A DNA stretch of 63,671 bases, filler included, from Octopus bimaculoides (Eukaryota): NCBI RefSeq assembly GCF_001194135.2. It is 7 parts of 7 records of this genome, joined end to end, with 100 filler letters (N's around TTAATTAATTAA, not from the genome) between each part and the next. Parts side by side here need not be neighbours in the genome. Positions count along the whole stretch, not along the records: positions 16,227 to 33,658 come from NC_069004.1; positions 33,759 to 37,697 come from NC_068992.1; positions 37,798 to 55,090 come from NC_068998.1; 4 more parts are not named here. One strand, 5' to 3'. Numbering within the stretch: the first letter of the stretch is position 1; the number at the start of each line of letters is the position of its first letter. Below the pieces are notes generated by a model that was given only the letters and a program-made list of their open reading frames with translations, searched no databases and was not told where the DNA came from. Positions 27,222 through 41,598 of this stretch are shown here, piece by piece. The position numbers and the translations under genes were made by a program.

Positions 27222-27268
<47 letters not shown>

Positions 27269-27681
27269 CATATACATATATGCAGGTGTGTATGTGTTTG
27301 CTTCTGGGTGTGTGTAGCGAGTAAACAATGCGTGCACGCTTGTATTATAACAGTACAAATCCTCAACATGGATTTAAAAAAAAGAAAAAGAATGCACTCG
27401 AATGACCCCCCGGAGGAAGGGAGAAGCAAGAAGAATTAGTTGACATGTATTTTAGATATTGCTCTTTGCTCTTAGTATCCGGTCGACTGGACCTCCATAT
27501 ACATTGTATATGTGAGCTACGCAGATATAGTAACACACACACACACATACACACATACACACATTCACACATACATACACTCCGCGCACACACCCACACG
27601 CAGGCAGTCACGAACTCAGACGTATAGACAGATAGATATATAGAATACGCTCAAACATACACACATACACACACAAACACG

Positions 27682-27712
<31 letters not shown>

Positions 27713-28014
27713 TCACATATTGTCACATACATACACACGCACTTACACACACACACGAACATAATCACGTACACACACACACACCCATAAACTCACATAG
27801 TCATATAGACACGCCCAAACATGTACACAAACACACAGTCACACAAATACACACACATACATACACAGACATACACCTTAACATAGACAGCCACACACAT
27901 ACACATACAAGCACAAAGACTCATACACACACACGTACATTGACATAGACTCATACACAAATATACACAAATATACACGCACATAGACACAGAGTTACAC
28001 CGACTGATATAATC

Positions 28015-28059
<45 letters not shown>

Positions 28060-28208
28060 GACGGACATTAACACCACACACATGCACGCATATGACAAAG
28101 AAACAATGCCAGTCTTATTGAGATTCTTCTATATGCATTGATGCACATATGCATGTGTGCGCACGTGTACGTTTGTATGTGTACATGTGTGTATATACAT
28201 ATATAGAT

Positions 28209-29166
28209 GTAGGCGTGGCTCTGTGGAGAGAAGCTTGCTTCTCAACAAAGAAGTTCCGTGGTCAGCCCACAACTTGGCACCTTGGGTAATTGTCTTCTAC
28301 TGTAGCGTCAGGCTGACCTTCTGAGTGGATTTGGTCAACGGAGTCTGAAAGAATCCCGTCCTTCCNNNNNNNNNNNNNNNNNNNNNNNNNNNNNNNNNNN
28401 NNNNNNNNNNNNNNNNNNNNNNNNNNNNNNNNNNNNNNNNNNNNNNNNNNNNNNNNNNNNNNNNNNNNNNNNNNNNNNNNNNNNNNNNNNNNNNNNNNNN
28501 NNNNNNNNNNNNNNNNNNNNNNNNNNNNNNNNNNNNNNNNNNNNNNNNNNNNNNNNNNNNNNNNNNNNNNNNNNNNNNNNNNNNNNNNNNNNNNNNNNNN
28601 NNNNNNNNNNNNNNNNNNNNNNNNNNNNNNNNNNNNNNNNNNNNNNNNNNNNNNNNNNNNNNNNNNNNNNNNNNNNNNNNNNNNNNNNNNNNNNNNNNNN
28701 NNNNNNNNNNNNNNNNNNNNNNNNNNNNNNNNNNNNNNNNNNNNNNNNNNNNNNNNNNNNNNNNNNNNNNNNNNNNNNNNNNNNNNNNNNNNNNNNNNNN
28801 NNNNNNNNNNNNNNNNNNNNNNNNNNNNNNNNNNNNNNNNNNNNNNNNNNNNNNNNNNNNNNNNNNNNNNNNNNNNNNNNNNNNNNNNNNNNNNNNNNNN
28901 NNNNNNNNNNNNNNNNNNNNNNNNNNNNNNNNNNNNNNNNNNNNNNNNNNNNNNNNNNNNNNNNNNNNNNNNNNNNNNNNNNNNNNNNNNNNNNNNNNNN
29001 NNNNNNNNNNNNNNNNNNNNNNNNNNNNNNNNNNNNNNNNNNNNNNNNNNNNNNNNNNNNNNNNNNNNNNNNNNNNNNNNNNNNNNNNNNNNNNNNNNNN
29101 NNNNNNNNNNNNNNNNNNNNNNNNNNNNNNNNNNNNNNNNNNNNNNNNNNNNNNNNNNNNNNNNNN

Positions 29167-29238
<72 letters not shown>

Positions 29239-29387
29239 GTGTGTGTGTGTGTGTATCTATCGATGTGTGTATGTGTCTGTTTGTCGCTCACACTCCTGGG
29301 GTCCATTTGTTCGACTAACACCCATCAAGGCGGTGCCCCAGCATGGCCGCCATCAAATGACTGAAGCAAGTAAAAGAATAAAAGAAT
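28209..29387 (+). mobile_element. SINE family B spanning a gap at its internal microsatellite
   Basis: Head and core at 28209-28345, gap, (TA/TG)n at 29168-29270, then tail ending GACTGAAGCAAGTAAAAGAATAAAAGAAT. Confidence 0.75.
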
Positions 29388-29789
29388 ATATATATATCCA
29401 TATATGGTTATGCATATCCATATATGGTTATGCATATACATACATATGGGTGTGTATATGTATATGCATATGTGTGTGTGTGTGTGGTGTGTGTGTATGC
29501 ATTTATGTATATGCATACGTATATTATCTAAACTGCTGTCTTTGGTTCTCTTCATATGTTCAATTGAATATGCCCCGCTCTCCGTTTCTACTCTCTCTAT
29601 CTCTCCTCTCCTTCTCCCTCTCTCTCTCTCTGGCTCTGTTTCTCTTTCATCCACTTGGCTAAGTCGTGACCACAATGCACTGCGGCTTGCTTTGTCTCCT
29701 CTGCCTTCGTCATCATCACTACCACAATACCTATTGTCCTACGCGTCGGGTATTCAAATCACTAACCTATTTTAATAAGACACTTAATA

Positions 29790-30202
29790 ATGATTTCAAA
29801 TTTTGGCACAAAGCCAGCAATTTCAGAGAAGGACAAATCGATTAAAGCGATCCCACAGCTTAACTGTTGCTTATTTTATCGACCCCACAAAAGAATGAGA
29901 GGCAAATTTGGCCTCAGCGGAATTCGAACGTAGACGGAAGAAACACTGCTAAGTGCTTTACTCCGTCAGCTCACCGCCTTAAGGCACCGAATAATATTGG
30001 TTCAAGTTATGGCACAAGGCCAGAAATTTTGAGGGAGGGAGTGAGTCGATTACATCAACCCCAGTACATGACTGGTACTTATTTAATCGACCCCGAAAAG
30101 AATGAGAGTCAAAGTCAAACGCGGCAGAATTTGAGCTCAAACGGAAGAAATGCTGCTAAGCATTTTGTCCGGCATGCTAACAGTTATTCCAACTCGTTGG
30201 TT
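29790..30202 (-). mobile_element. Second head-to-tail pair of SINE family C
   Basis: Units at 29790-29981 and 29990-30202 share TTTTATCGACCCC.AAA.GAATGAGAG.CAAA.T.G.C and GGAATT.GA segments. Confidence 0.75.
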
Positions 30203-30430
30203 ATTACTCAAAGGCATAAAAGGTAACGTTGACTTCGGTGAAAATCTTCTCTTGACCAAAGTAAAATTGTTTAAGTATGGCAGCTGTTTATGGCAATTCG
30301 ATGTAACTAATTATTTTTGATAAATAGTGAAGGTCAAAATATATGGGTTTAACACATAATAATGTCGAGTATGAAAATCAAACACTGCTGGAGAATCTGT
30401 GTGTATATATGTATATATCTATGTGTCTAT

Positions 30431-30643
30431 CTTTTATTTGTTTCATTCTTTAGACTACGGCTGTGTTCGGACAACGCCTTGAAGAATTTTTAGTCGAATG
30501 AATTGTCCGCAGTACTCATCCTATCGATCTCTTTTGACGAACGGCTACGCTACGGGAACTTAAACCCACCAACGCTGGTTGTCCAGCGGTAGTGGGGGAC
30601 AAACACATACACACAGACACACACACATAAACAAGCACAGACG

Positions 30644-30715
<72 letters not shown>

Positions 30716-30875
30716 GGGCTTCTTTCATTTTCCGTCTGCCACATCAGCTCAGAAAACTTTGGTCGGCCCGTGGTTATAGTAGAAGGCACTCGCTCAAGGT
30801 ACCATGCTGTGGGATGGAACTCGGAACCATATGGTTGGGAAGGAAACTTCTCACCACACAGCTACGCCTGTGCCT
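30431..30875 (-). mobile_element. Complete SINE family B: tRNA-like head, core, internal microsatellite, tail
   Basis: Head and core lie at 30715-30875, (TG)n at 30605-30712, and the tail at 30431-30600. Head/core copies are also at 5885-6045, 10640-10770, 17905-18080, 18735-18848, 22130-22265, 22850-22980, 24180-24280, 39922-40075 and 40595-40672. Tail copies are at 70-215, 3355-3600, 16235-16440, 20455-20680, 42940-43125, 57495-57735 and 58360-58520. Confidence 0.85.
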
Positions 30876-32488
30876 ATGTACGTCATTCAATATATCCACC
30901 TTTGTGTTTATTCTTCAAATACTCGGTCATTTACGCAAATGACCGAGGCCATAAAATGTGTTCTACTAATTTTATTTCTTTTATTCAATTATTTGATTTA
31001 GATAATATAATTAGATAATATAATTAAACAGTTGATATGTCTAAATGTCACGTTTGAAGATAAGCTAGAACAACTGCTGCGCTGATGACGTCTATTGAAG
31101 CAAAAATACGAGTTTATAGCTGTCCTGTTGTTTTCAGACAAACAGGGTGTCTTTTCTTTAAATTTGTGGCTTTCAACTGGGGTTCTCATGAACTTTGGGG
31201 GTCCAAGTTTTAGTTGTTAAAAATTGTGAGCAATAAACTGGCTATTCTTTTACAATACACAAAATATTTGAACAATTCTTTTTATAAGGTTCCTAATAAT
31301 ATTTAATTATAAGGCGGTCAGCCGGATGAATCGTAACAGCTCCGGTAAAAATACTTAACAGCATTTCTTCTGACTTTTACCTTCCGAGTTCAAATGCTGC
31401 CGATATCAATACTCTGCCTTTTATCCTTTAGGAGTCGATAAAATAAGTATGAGTCAAACAACTGGGTTCATGTAATCGACTTATCCACCGCACTCCTTGA
31501 AATTGTGGGTCTAGTGCTAAAATTTGGAATCAATAATCTTTGATTATAAAAATATAATGGGATCATTTAAACATTCAAATGGCGATGGGGTCCAGCAGAG
31601 AAAAATAAGTATCAATGAGGTCACAGGCAAGAAAATGGATGAGACCCACAGCTTTTGGAGAATTATTAATGCTCGAGATTAACTCCCCTTTCGCATGTGG
31701 AGTGTGTGCAAATTGCCCCGATATATTCCGTCTTTTCTCTCTTTTCTGTAAGGGGAATTTATTCCAATAAACCAAGAATTCGTCTTGTTTGGTACGTACA
31801 TATCTTTATTCAGCTTTGCTGCTCAAAGACATGTCAAAGCGTCTAAGTTTATTTAACCCATCATATTCGTAGCCATCAACTTCCTGTCCAGCCACCCGAT
31901 CCAGGATGTCGCTTTTTTTTTATGAATTTGAAGTTGCTGAAATTTCACTTTTATTCCTGATAATGCCATGTGACACGCGTTGATCAATAGCAGCCTAGTT
32001 TCTAGTAGACCTTTTTGGATTCCCTCCATTCGGCCGCCCGAGCATGATGAACAGTGTTCATCGTGAAATGAAGTGTTCATCGTGAAATGAAGTGTTCTGC
32101 TCAAAAGCAAAAATGAAAAAAAAAAAAAAGAAAAAACATCACCGAGCCGGGAATCGAAACCACAATCTTACGATTGTAACACCTTAAGTATTAGGCCACG
32201 CGCCTTGGCTAAATCGAATCGTATTTTTTATATAAATGCAGGGCGCATTGTGCAATGTGTGAGGAAAACGGCGGAACGGAAAACAGCAGATGACATAACA
32301 GATTCAGTCACGTAGATCGATATCAGAGGAGCAAAGAATTCAGGCGCATTGGTTATCAAGAAAAACAAAAGAAAAAGAAAGAAAAGAAGTTATTACTAGT
32401 CAATGTGCCAGAAATAGCAGCCAGATCTTCCTCAGATCACGTTTTATTAAAATTTTTAAAAAAAAGTAGACTTTGGGTTTATTTTGTG

Positions 32489-32537
<49 letters not shown>

Positions 32538-33778
32538 GCACACACGAACAGAATAATAGAAATGGGATGGTGGCAGCTGGATTGCTGTTGAAATTAGGTT
32601 TTCTGGTTCAAATCTATGTTAACTGGGAGCCAAGCAATAACAATATCAACAAGAACACACGTTATAACGATNNNNNNNNNNNNNNNNNNNNNNNNNNNNN
32701 NNNNNNNNNNNNNNNNNNNNNNNNNNNNNNNNNNNNNNNNNNNNNNNNNNNNNNNNNNNNNNNNNNNNNNNNNNNNNNNNNNNNNNNNNNNNNNNNNNNN
32801 NNNNNNNNNNNNNNNNNNNNNNNNNNNNNNNNNNNNNNNNNNNNNNNNNNNNNNNNNNNNNNNNNNNNNNNNNNNNNNNNNNNNNNNNNNNNNNNNNNNN
32901 NNNNNNNNNNNNNNNNNNNNNNNNNNNNNNNNNNNNNNNNNNNNNNNNNNNNNNNNNNNNNNNNNNNNNNNNNNNNNNNNNNNNNNNNNNNNNNNNNNNN
33001 NNNNNNNNNNNNNNNNNNNNNNNNNNNNNNNNNNNNNNNNNNNNNNNNNNNNNNNNNNNNNNNNNNNNNNNNNNNNNNTATATATATATATTTATATGTA
33101 TGTATGTATATACAGACTACACGTAAGACATAAAAAGAGCGAAGAAGAAAAGAAAAAGAAAAAAATAGGAGTTAAACAAACTCTGAACTATAACAAAAAA
33201 AAACAGAAAAAAACGCAATGCAGAAACCCGGAAGTGCAGCCATTATCTTCTTATGAAAGATCACAGCTCAGACAACTGTTTTACTTCACACAGTAACACA
33301 GCACTATGACGAACACACAAAGAACCCGCATACCAAAAAGCCAGAGTAAATTTGTATTGAAAAAACACTGAAGAAAAATCTGGTGTACTCAGTGAACTGT
33401 ATCACGTGATCATAACAGTAAATAGAAAACCATACTGCATATATAATATATAATAAGAATGCTTAAAACACGAAGGGCTGAAATCAGTCGTAAGAAAAAT
33501 AAAATAGAAATCACAACACGAAGGACAAAACAAAAACACTTCATGAAACACGACATTTAGAGCCAGATAACAATAGAGGTTTGTTGTTGTATAGAATATC
33601 TTTAACCCCAGATTACATCCCAATGAACCATGGGGGAGGTTTCATAATGTGTATAAACNNNNNNNNNNNNNNNNNNNNNNNNNNNNNNNNNNNNNNNNNN
33701 NNTTAATTAATTAANNNNNNNNNNNNNNNNNNNNNNNNNNNNNNNNNNNNNNNNNNNNGGAAGAAAAAAAGAAAAAAG

Positions 33779-34410
33779 AAAAACGGGAGACGGGTGGCGA
33801 AGGCCATTCTGGCGCCGACCGAACCACCAGTCCCTCCGGTGGGAATTGTGCTACCGGAGAGGGAGACTCTGTCAGCGGGAATTGTGCCGCTGACAGAGCA
33901 GTGTGAAGTCCCTCCCTCCGAGGAGGAGGAGGAGTCTGTCTTTCTGTACCTCGAGAAAGGGACTATAGAAAGGTTTTTGGACAGGGAGTGCGGCCAGGAA
34001 AGATCCTTCTCGGCTTGCACGACCAGTTCAACATGGCCTCCGCAGGTAGCTGCGGAGGTCGTAACTGGTAGGATCTTGTCAAGAATAAGGTCCAACTTTG
34101 ACAAGAATGATTTTATCTGCTTCGTCACAGACTCCAGCTTATCAATGCGGACTTGTCTGCAGGCAGCAAGTAAATTGCTTAGGAGTTGTGACGGGACGAA
34201 TTGATTAACTTATGACTGGTTGTTTTGTTTTTTGAACATTGTAGTACTGATGTTATTATTGTAATATTATATTGTAATTACTGAACAAAGGTTTTCGAGG
34301 GGTTGCCAGTCGGTGGGCGCTAGTGCCCCTGTCATTTTTTCCTCTATGTTTTTTTCTCATCTCACATTAATGTATTTGTCCAGCCCTGGTGGCTAATTCA
34401 ATGAAATAAA
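33779..34410 (+). other. GC-richer block with a 136-codon ORF followed by a Tx1-like 3' terminus; function unknown
   Basis: ORF 33794-34204 has no recognisable domain. 34355-34410 matches the LINE terminal motif seen at 63565-63630 and 48130-48200. Confidence 0.35.
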
Positions 34411-35405
34411 GAAGCTTGCTTCCCCGGTAAGGAGATTGCCTCACAGCGCATGAGCAAAACAAAGGGGTTGTTGTCAGCCAAAGAGACAACACGGTTAATT
34501 ATGGCTCTATTGTAATTTTCAGTTTACAAAGGATAATTAAAAACGCAGCTGGAAGCTAGGAGAGATTTTGTTTTGGGGGTATAGTGGGGCTATGTTATTG
34601 TATTGTTATTCTTTACAAATAGGGTATCTCCGCTGGTCTCGAGGCATTTTTTCCCTCCTTTCGTTGCGCTTGTTTTGTTTTATTGAAGAACGTTCGGTAG
34701 GCGTTGTCTAGCTGTAAGAATTCCTATTACTTCTGTGTTTTTCTGAAGATTGGTTTGTAATTTTTTCTGAAAGACTTTTTTGTGTTTAGGCAAACAGCTG
34801 TTTTTATGCCTAAAAATCATTATGGAGTACCTATATTGAATTACCTAGGACTGTGAGGAGTTCGAATAGGCCAAGACATTCAATTTGAACAACACGTAAA
34901 TTTAACTTTGTGAACTGCTTTACGTCGTTGAAGCACCGAACATTGTTGCCACGCTAGTCTGTAGCGTGGCGAATTAAGTAGCTCAGCTGCGAGGTGGGGC
35001 TGTTTGTGTTCGGCCTGCCTGCAGTTGAGCAAATTGATTCACGTTTTAGTGAATAATTGTTTTCATTGGGAAAATTATTTTGGGGGCGTATCCCGACTCC
35101 AAAAAATAGAACTTTTTAGAAAATTCGTAGAAGCTCACTGTGTCCCGGGTTCGAATTGGAGTACCAACGGGCCTGGAGTACCGGAGTGGCTGAAGACTTG
35201 TGTTTTGTTTTGGAACTGTTAAAGTGTTTCCTTTCCTTCCTTCTTCCACCCTTTTGTGACTTTCTTTTTCTTTTTCTGAACTGTTTTTCCTTTCTTTTCC
35301 TTTTCNNNNNNNNNNNNNNNNNNNNNNNNNNNNNNNNNNNNNNNNNNNNNNNNNNNNNNNNNNNNNNNNNNNNNNNNNNNNNNNNNNNNNNNNNNNNNNN
35401 NNNNN

Positions 35406-35450
<45 letters not shown>

Positions 35451-35720
35451 ATATTTGTATATATAAAGTTACACGTATGTACATACATGCATACACATAC
35501 ACATATACAGCTATATAAATCTCTCTCTCTCTATATATATTTATATATACGTATATATATATAAATATACGTATATATATGTACATATACGCAACTATAT
35601 GTATGTGTATGTACGTATATGTACGTCTATGTATGTATGTATGTATGTATGTATGTATGCGTATATATATATATATGTATGTATGTATGTATGTATATAT
35701 ATATATGTATGTATGTATGA

Positions 35721-35777
<57 letters not shown>

Positions 35778-35988
35778 CATACATACATACACACATAAAT
35801 GTGTATGTCCGTATGTGTGTTGCGCTTATATATCACGCAGTTTTATCCTAGATAAATCTAGGATTGAAACACACAAATCGATTCTGAATCTGCGTTTGCG
35901 TATTAAATACGATTGGCATTTAAAAGAAAATAACAGTTTCACTTTCAAATATCGTCTCCATTCTGATCCTCACCTTAATTAAGAATAC

Positions 35989-36031
<43 letters not shown>

Positions 36032-36739
36032 CATATATGTTTATATGTATGCATGTGTAGAATAAGTTTTTATGAAATGAAATTTTTTCCGAGGTAGAGT
36101 TACAAAGAAAAATAACTAGTAATGTTCTTTAAAAAATTCATTTCCAATTATTTTACCGGTTTCAAAATTTCTTGAATTCATGATTTTCAAAAGTTTTATG
36201 ACAAAAAGAGTTTATATTGTATTTGTCTATACTCAGTTGTTATTGAGTATTTATCTTAGATGCTTGTATGGAAGTTCTTCCTCTTTGATTGACAGTGGTA
36301 GCAGTCAAAGGAGACTGGGTGTCTAAGGTTACACTTGGCTGCTTTTCGTTATTTGTTCGGTCTGATGTTTCCAGAATAGCCTTATATCTAGGCTTGGCAA
36401 TATAATCTCGTGATATTAGTAAGTTTATGTTGGGATTTTTGTCGATTAATTTCTATATTGACACCAATGGATTAGCTTGAGGTTTTGTTCAAACCAACTT
36501 TTTAAATTTTATAATGTAATATGTTTGGGCTACAATTGTTCCGGCAGTCTCGGAAACTAGTACCTTTTTACCCTTATGAACACATATATGCACATACATA
36601 AACACACACACACACACATACTCACGTATTGATAATATTTATTTTATTTGTACTTCACGTTTTACCCAAAACAGTCAGTGACTTTATGAACAATGGACTT
36701 ACTATAACAATACATCACCCAACACATACATGCACACTT

Positions 36740-36788
<49 letters not shown>

Positions 36789-37408
36789 CACACACACGCG
36801 TGTGTGTATTTGCACATATGATGTCGTTAAAGATGCTTTTGATATAGTCTCTGCGGGGCTGCACTTTATATCTTAATATTTCAAAAATGCTATGTTTTCC
36901 GTCCCTTAATATTATTTTCTTTTCTTTCAATGTAGTATTGCCATACTGCTGCTGATATTTTCAAACGTGTATGATTAGATATTTATTCTGCTTCAGTTCA
37001 GACCAGATTTTAATAATGAATTTATTCTCGTGTCTGCAATGTGACATAATCTCATTTCTTCTGGATAACAGTTATTGTCTGTTATTGCCCATTCATGTAT
37101 TTTTATTTGAAGATCAGGTGATAGATACTAAATTAACCAATGAGTAATAAACAAATTAACTAGTCTGGCAAAACAAAACACAGTTTTGCCTAACAGGTGG
37201 AGATTACTCAATTAAGAAGCAGAGATAGAATGGCTGCTGGACTATGGAAAGAGTCCAGACGAACATTTTCAGAGTAACAAGATTAGGTCGACAAAGCCAA
37301 CTGGTGAAAATAACTGACATGCTTCGTACTTATAAGACTGTCTTTACGAGGCATATTTCACTGATTTAGCAAGACACGAAATGATCTATCTATCTGTCTG
37401 TCTGTCTA

Positions 37409-37443
<35 letters not shown>

Positions 37444-38215
37444 GTCTGTCTATCTATCTATCTATCTATCTATCTATCATCATGGACGGACGGTAGACAC
37501 ATCGGCTCCCATGTAAGTTGCATTTTTCACCTCTTAAAAGACCTATTTTGTTTTAAAATTTTGTATAAGTTGTGTATAACACAAAATACTTCGTGAACAT
37601 ATATTTTTCAAATCGGAAATAGCTCTATTTAGAGCCTTATTTCCAAAAATTCAAACATATCTTCCTCGTTCCTAGCCATATTCTTTAAAACGAATATNNN
37701 NNNNNNNNNNNNNNNNNNNNNNNNNNNNNNNNNNNNNNNNNTTAATTAATTAANNNNNNNNNNNNNNNNNNNNNNNNNNNNNNNNNNNNNNNNNNNNCCA
37801 ACCAGCCAGCCAACCAGCCAGCCAACCAACCGACCAACCAGCCAACCAACCAACCAACCAACCAAATGAAACCAGACTAGTTAAAAAGAACCCAGCGACT
37901 AACTCTCCTGGACCAAATCAGAACAAACAAGACTAAACCAGACCAACCCAGACCAAACAAGACTAAACCAGTGAAAACCAGTCTAGTCTATCGTCTATTT
38001 ATTCATTTGACTTACTTAAAAGGAAATGAGAGAATCAGACACCAAAATCAAAAATGAGAAAAACCAAAACAAAAAACAAAGTCGAAGCGAAATGAAAAGC
38101 AAATCAATAAATTGTATAATTTAATATTGATATTAAATATGTGTTTAATTCTCTTATGAAAGAATCATCACCATTTATCATCTCAAAGAGGAATATTAAA
38201 AAGGCAAACAAATAC

Positions 38216-38254
<39 letters not shown>

Positions 38255-38545
38255 GCAACATACAGACACACACACAAACACACACATATATACATCATAT
38301 ACATATATACACATCAGATGCATACCCACATACGTACACAAACACACAGATACACCCATGCGTACATATACATACATACGCGTTCATACATATACGCATG
38401 GACGCACATATATGTATACAAACATATAAGCGCATACAAATATATGCACATACATTCACACACGGATGCACATATATACGTGCATATATACGCATATACA
38501 CATATATGTATAGAAACACATATATACATACGTATATATATGTGT

Positions 38546-38584
<39 letters not shown>

Positions 38585-38639
38585 TACATAATATATACGT
38601 ATATATGCGTATGGTGTATACATACTTAGGTACATGCAT

Positions 38640-38672
<33 letters not shown>

Positions 38673-39308
38673 CATACACACACACACGCACACACATACA
38701 CACACACACACACATATATATATATACATACATGCAAGCATACTTTTAAACAAACTTATATTCATACATACATGCATACATACATACATACAAATAAGAA
38801 TCGTAATGATTGAAGTAAAAAGCATTCAGTATAATGTATATATATATATCATTTCTATAGAAATATCAGTGGGTAATGAAGCAACAACCACAGCAATAAG
38901 AACATCAATAAAGCCGACAACAGCGACGACGACGACAAAAGTAGTTACAAAAAAAGAAGAAAAAGCGAGGAAAGAAATGAAGAAGCCCTTGAGGAATGAT
39001 AATAAAAAGTCAGAGAGAACCATCGAGTAGGGTTAATGGGCGCCGACTCTGTAATTTATGTGAAATTATTATTTATATACAAGTATTAGAAAGCAATATA
39101 AACAACAACAACAACATGAACTATAATGAAAATAATAGTAATAATCAGAAGAAGACGAAGAAAAGGAAGAGAAAGCTAAAGAGTAAATCGATAATATATA
39201 TATAATGAGATGAAGTTAACGATTAAATGGCGGAAATAGACCATTGTTTGTGTGTTTAGAGTTAGAGATTTTAATTTGTGTTGGGATAATGTATGTATGT
39301 ATGGATGG

Positions 39309-39347
<39 letters not shown>

Positions 39348-39859
39348 TTCTTGTCTGTTTTTGATTATTTGAAATCTTCCTGTAAGAAAGGAACTGGTTT
39401 CTAACAAAGGTATAAAGCTCCATCGTCTGAATGTAGGTAACAAAAGCAAATTTACATTTTGATCTTGAGAAAAGTCTTGCATATTTTTACTGTTCCATTT
39501 ACAGACTGTATTTGTAATGTGCATGGTAGCTGGTTGGTTTCTTTGTCTGAAAATCCTAGCTTATTCAGCTTGTACTTAGACATTTACTCATACAACCAAG
39601 TGCACCAAATTCTCAAATGTGAATTTATAATCAGGTTATAGAAGCTAGAGATTTCGAAGCAGTTGTCTGTAGATATCCTCTTTCTCTTTCATTTTCGAAG
39701 AGTTATTCACAACAACAGGGACGAGCATATTTTTTCTTGGCCTTTCCCAAACAATATCCAGCTTGTTGTGTGTGTGTGTGTGTATATATANNNNNNNNNN
39801 NNNNNNNNNNNNNNNNNNNNNNNNNNNNNNNNNNNNNNNNNNNNNNNNNNNNNNNNNNN

Positions 39860-39892
<33 letters not shown>

Positions 39893-40074
39893 TATACATA
39901 TATATTTATACACGCACACAACGGGCTTATTTCAGTTTCCGTCTACAAAATTCTCTCACAAGGCTTTACTTCGCCCGGGCTGTAACAGAAAACACTTGCC
40001 TAAGGTGTTATGCAGTGAAATTAAACCAGGTACCACGATTGGAAGCAAATTTTTTATCACACACCCACGCCTCT

Positions 40075-40570
40075 GCCTTGTTAACATTCTTAGTATTGAT
40101 CTTCAGGTCATCTACAACGAAATTTTGGGTTACATTGGTAACTCTAGCAGTTGCAGATTGTAGCCTATAGACATTGGATTTCTGTTGCAGAAATGATAAT
40201 GGATTTAATGTCAAAATAAGCAGAATTAAACATCAGAAACGATCGCTCCGATCCCAGTTGTAAGTGTGAGGCTTGTTGCTCAGACTTTTGTGAGCTTCTC
40301 TATGGCAACTACTAAGATAGGATGTACTTCTGCCAAATTTAGAAACTCCAGCAGCCATGAACGGGGAATAAAATCTTATAATCAAACCATAGCCACAAAG
40401 TTTCTGCGGTGTTTTTTTACTTCAGAAAGCACAGTTTTAATTATCAAATGTCGTTCGGCACATACCCACACTCTCTTCTTTCAACCTGCCTGCTCTTAAG
40501 TCACAATGTCGTTGGACTAACAATGATCCAGGAGGTATTTGTTGAGGCAGCTTATGTACAATCTGTACAT
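40075..40570 (-). mobile_element. R4/Dong (RLE-group) LINE reverse transcriptase fragment, decayed
   Basis: Minus strand reads YISCLNKYLLDHC*SNDIVT*EQAG*KKRVWVCAERHLIIKTVLSEVKKHRRN...IPRSWLLEFLNLAEVHP, then LNPLSFL...NVTQNFVVDDLKI. These correspond to the RT EQxG, DSIPHSW, LNPLS and (F/Y)xDDLK motifs. Confidence 0.8.
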
Positions 40571-41598
40571 AATGTTTAGGCAAGCAATGAGCCTATACTT
40601 TTCTGCGTGGGACTGAACTCGGAACCATGCGGTTGGAAAGCAAGCTTCTTACACACAGCCACGCCTGCGGCTATGTCACCATTTTTTCAAGAACAGTGAT
40701 ATGGTGTTAGCATTCACACATACTCTGTTTATGTGAATAATCACACGCACATTAGCACACATTCATACCTTCGTATAGGAGTATTTGCAAGTCCAATCAT
40801 AGATATTTATATAAACCTGTGTTCACGCGCGAACACACATATACACACACATACACACGCACGTACGCACACACAAATATCACACATGTATATGTAATCA
40901 CATATACAATATGGCACAAAGCACTAATTTCGAAGTAGTGATATAATAGTAGAAGATTATTGATTAGTTAATTAACTAAAACCGATTATAATCATATTCA
41001 TTTATCTCACTGCCAAGAACTTACAACACACATAATGTATATAGGTAGACAGTTTTCACGCATTTATGTTGATTCAGACAAACTTAGGTTACTACATTAA
41101 CGATTATACGAGTTAAGATATTCTCACTATATTTGTGGTTATACGAGTGAAGATATTTTCGCTATATTTACAATTATATAAGTAGTAAATGGAAGCAATG
41201 AAATAAAACTATACAGATAAAACACAAATAAATAGTAATTGAATAAATAAGACAGAATAAAATAGGCTAAGGTAAAACGAGGTGAAATGAAGTACAGGAA
41301 ATAAAATCTAGGATCAATCTAGAGGACCACATTTAAAATAAACTCTTAGCAATATGTAGGAATGACGTGTGGTACAAGTGCAGACAATTTATATATATAT
41401 ATATATATNNNNNNNNNNNNNNNNNNNNNNNNNNNNNNNNNNNNNNNNNNNNNNNNNNNNNNNNNNNNNNNNNNNNNNNNNNNNNNNNNNATATATAAAT
41501 GTATGTATATTTATATGCATATTTTATAAACGCGTAATTTGTTGATGTAGCATCAATTATATAAATATCAAAATTATGAAACAGCTGTGAATATATAA

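Noticed and set aside
31070-31120. GCTGCG-CTGATGA-CGTCTATTGAAGC-AAAA... possible old hammerhead
   Set aside because: Needs several assumed substitutions in stem I, stem II and GAAA; not supportable without a family consensus.
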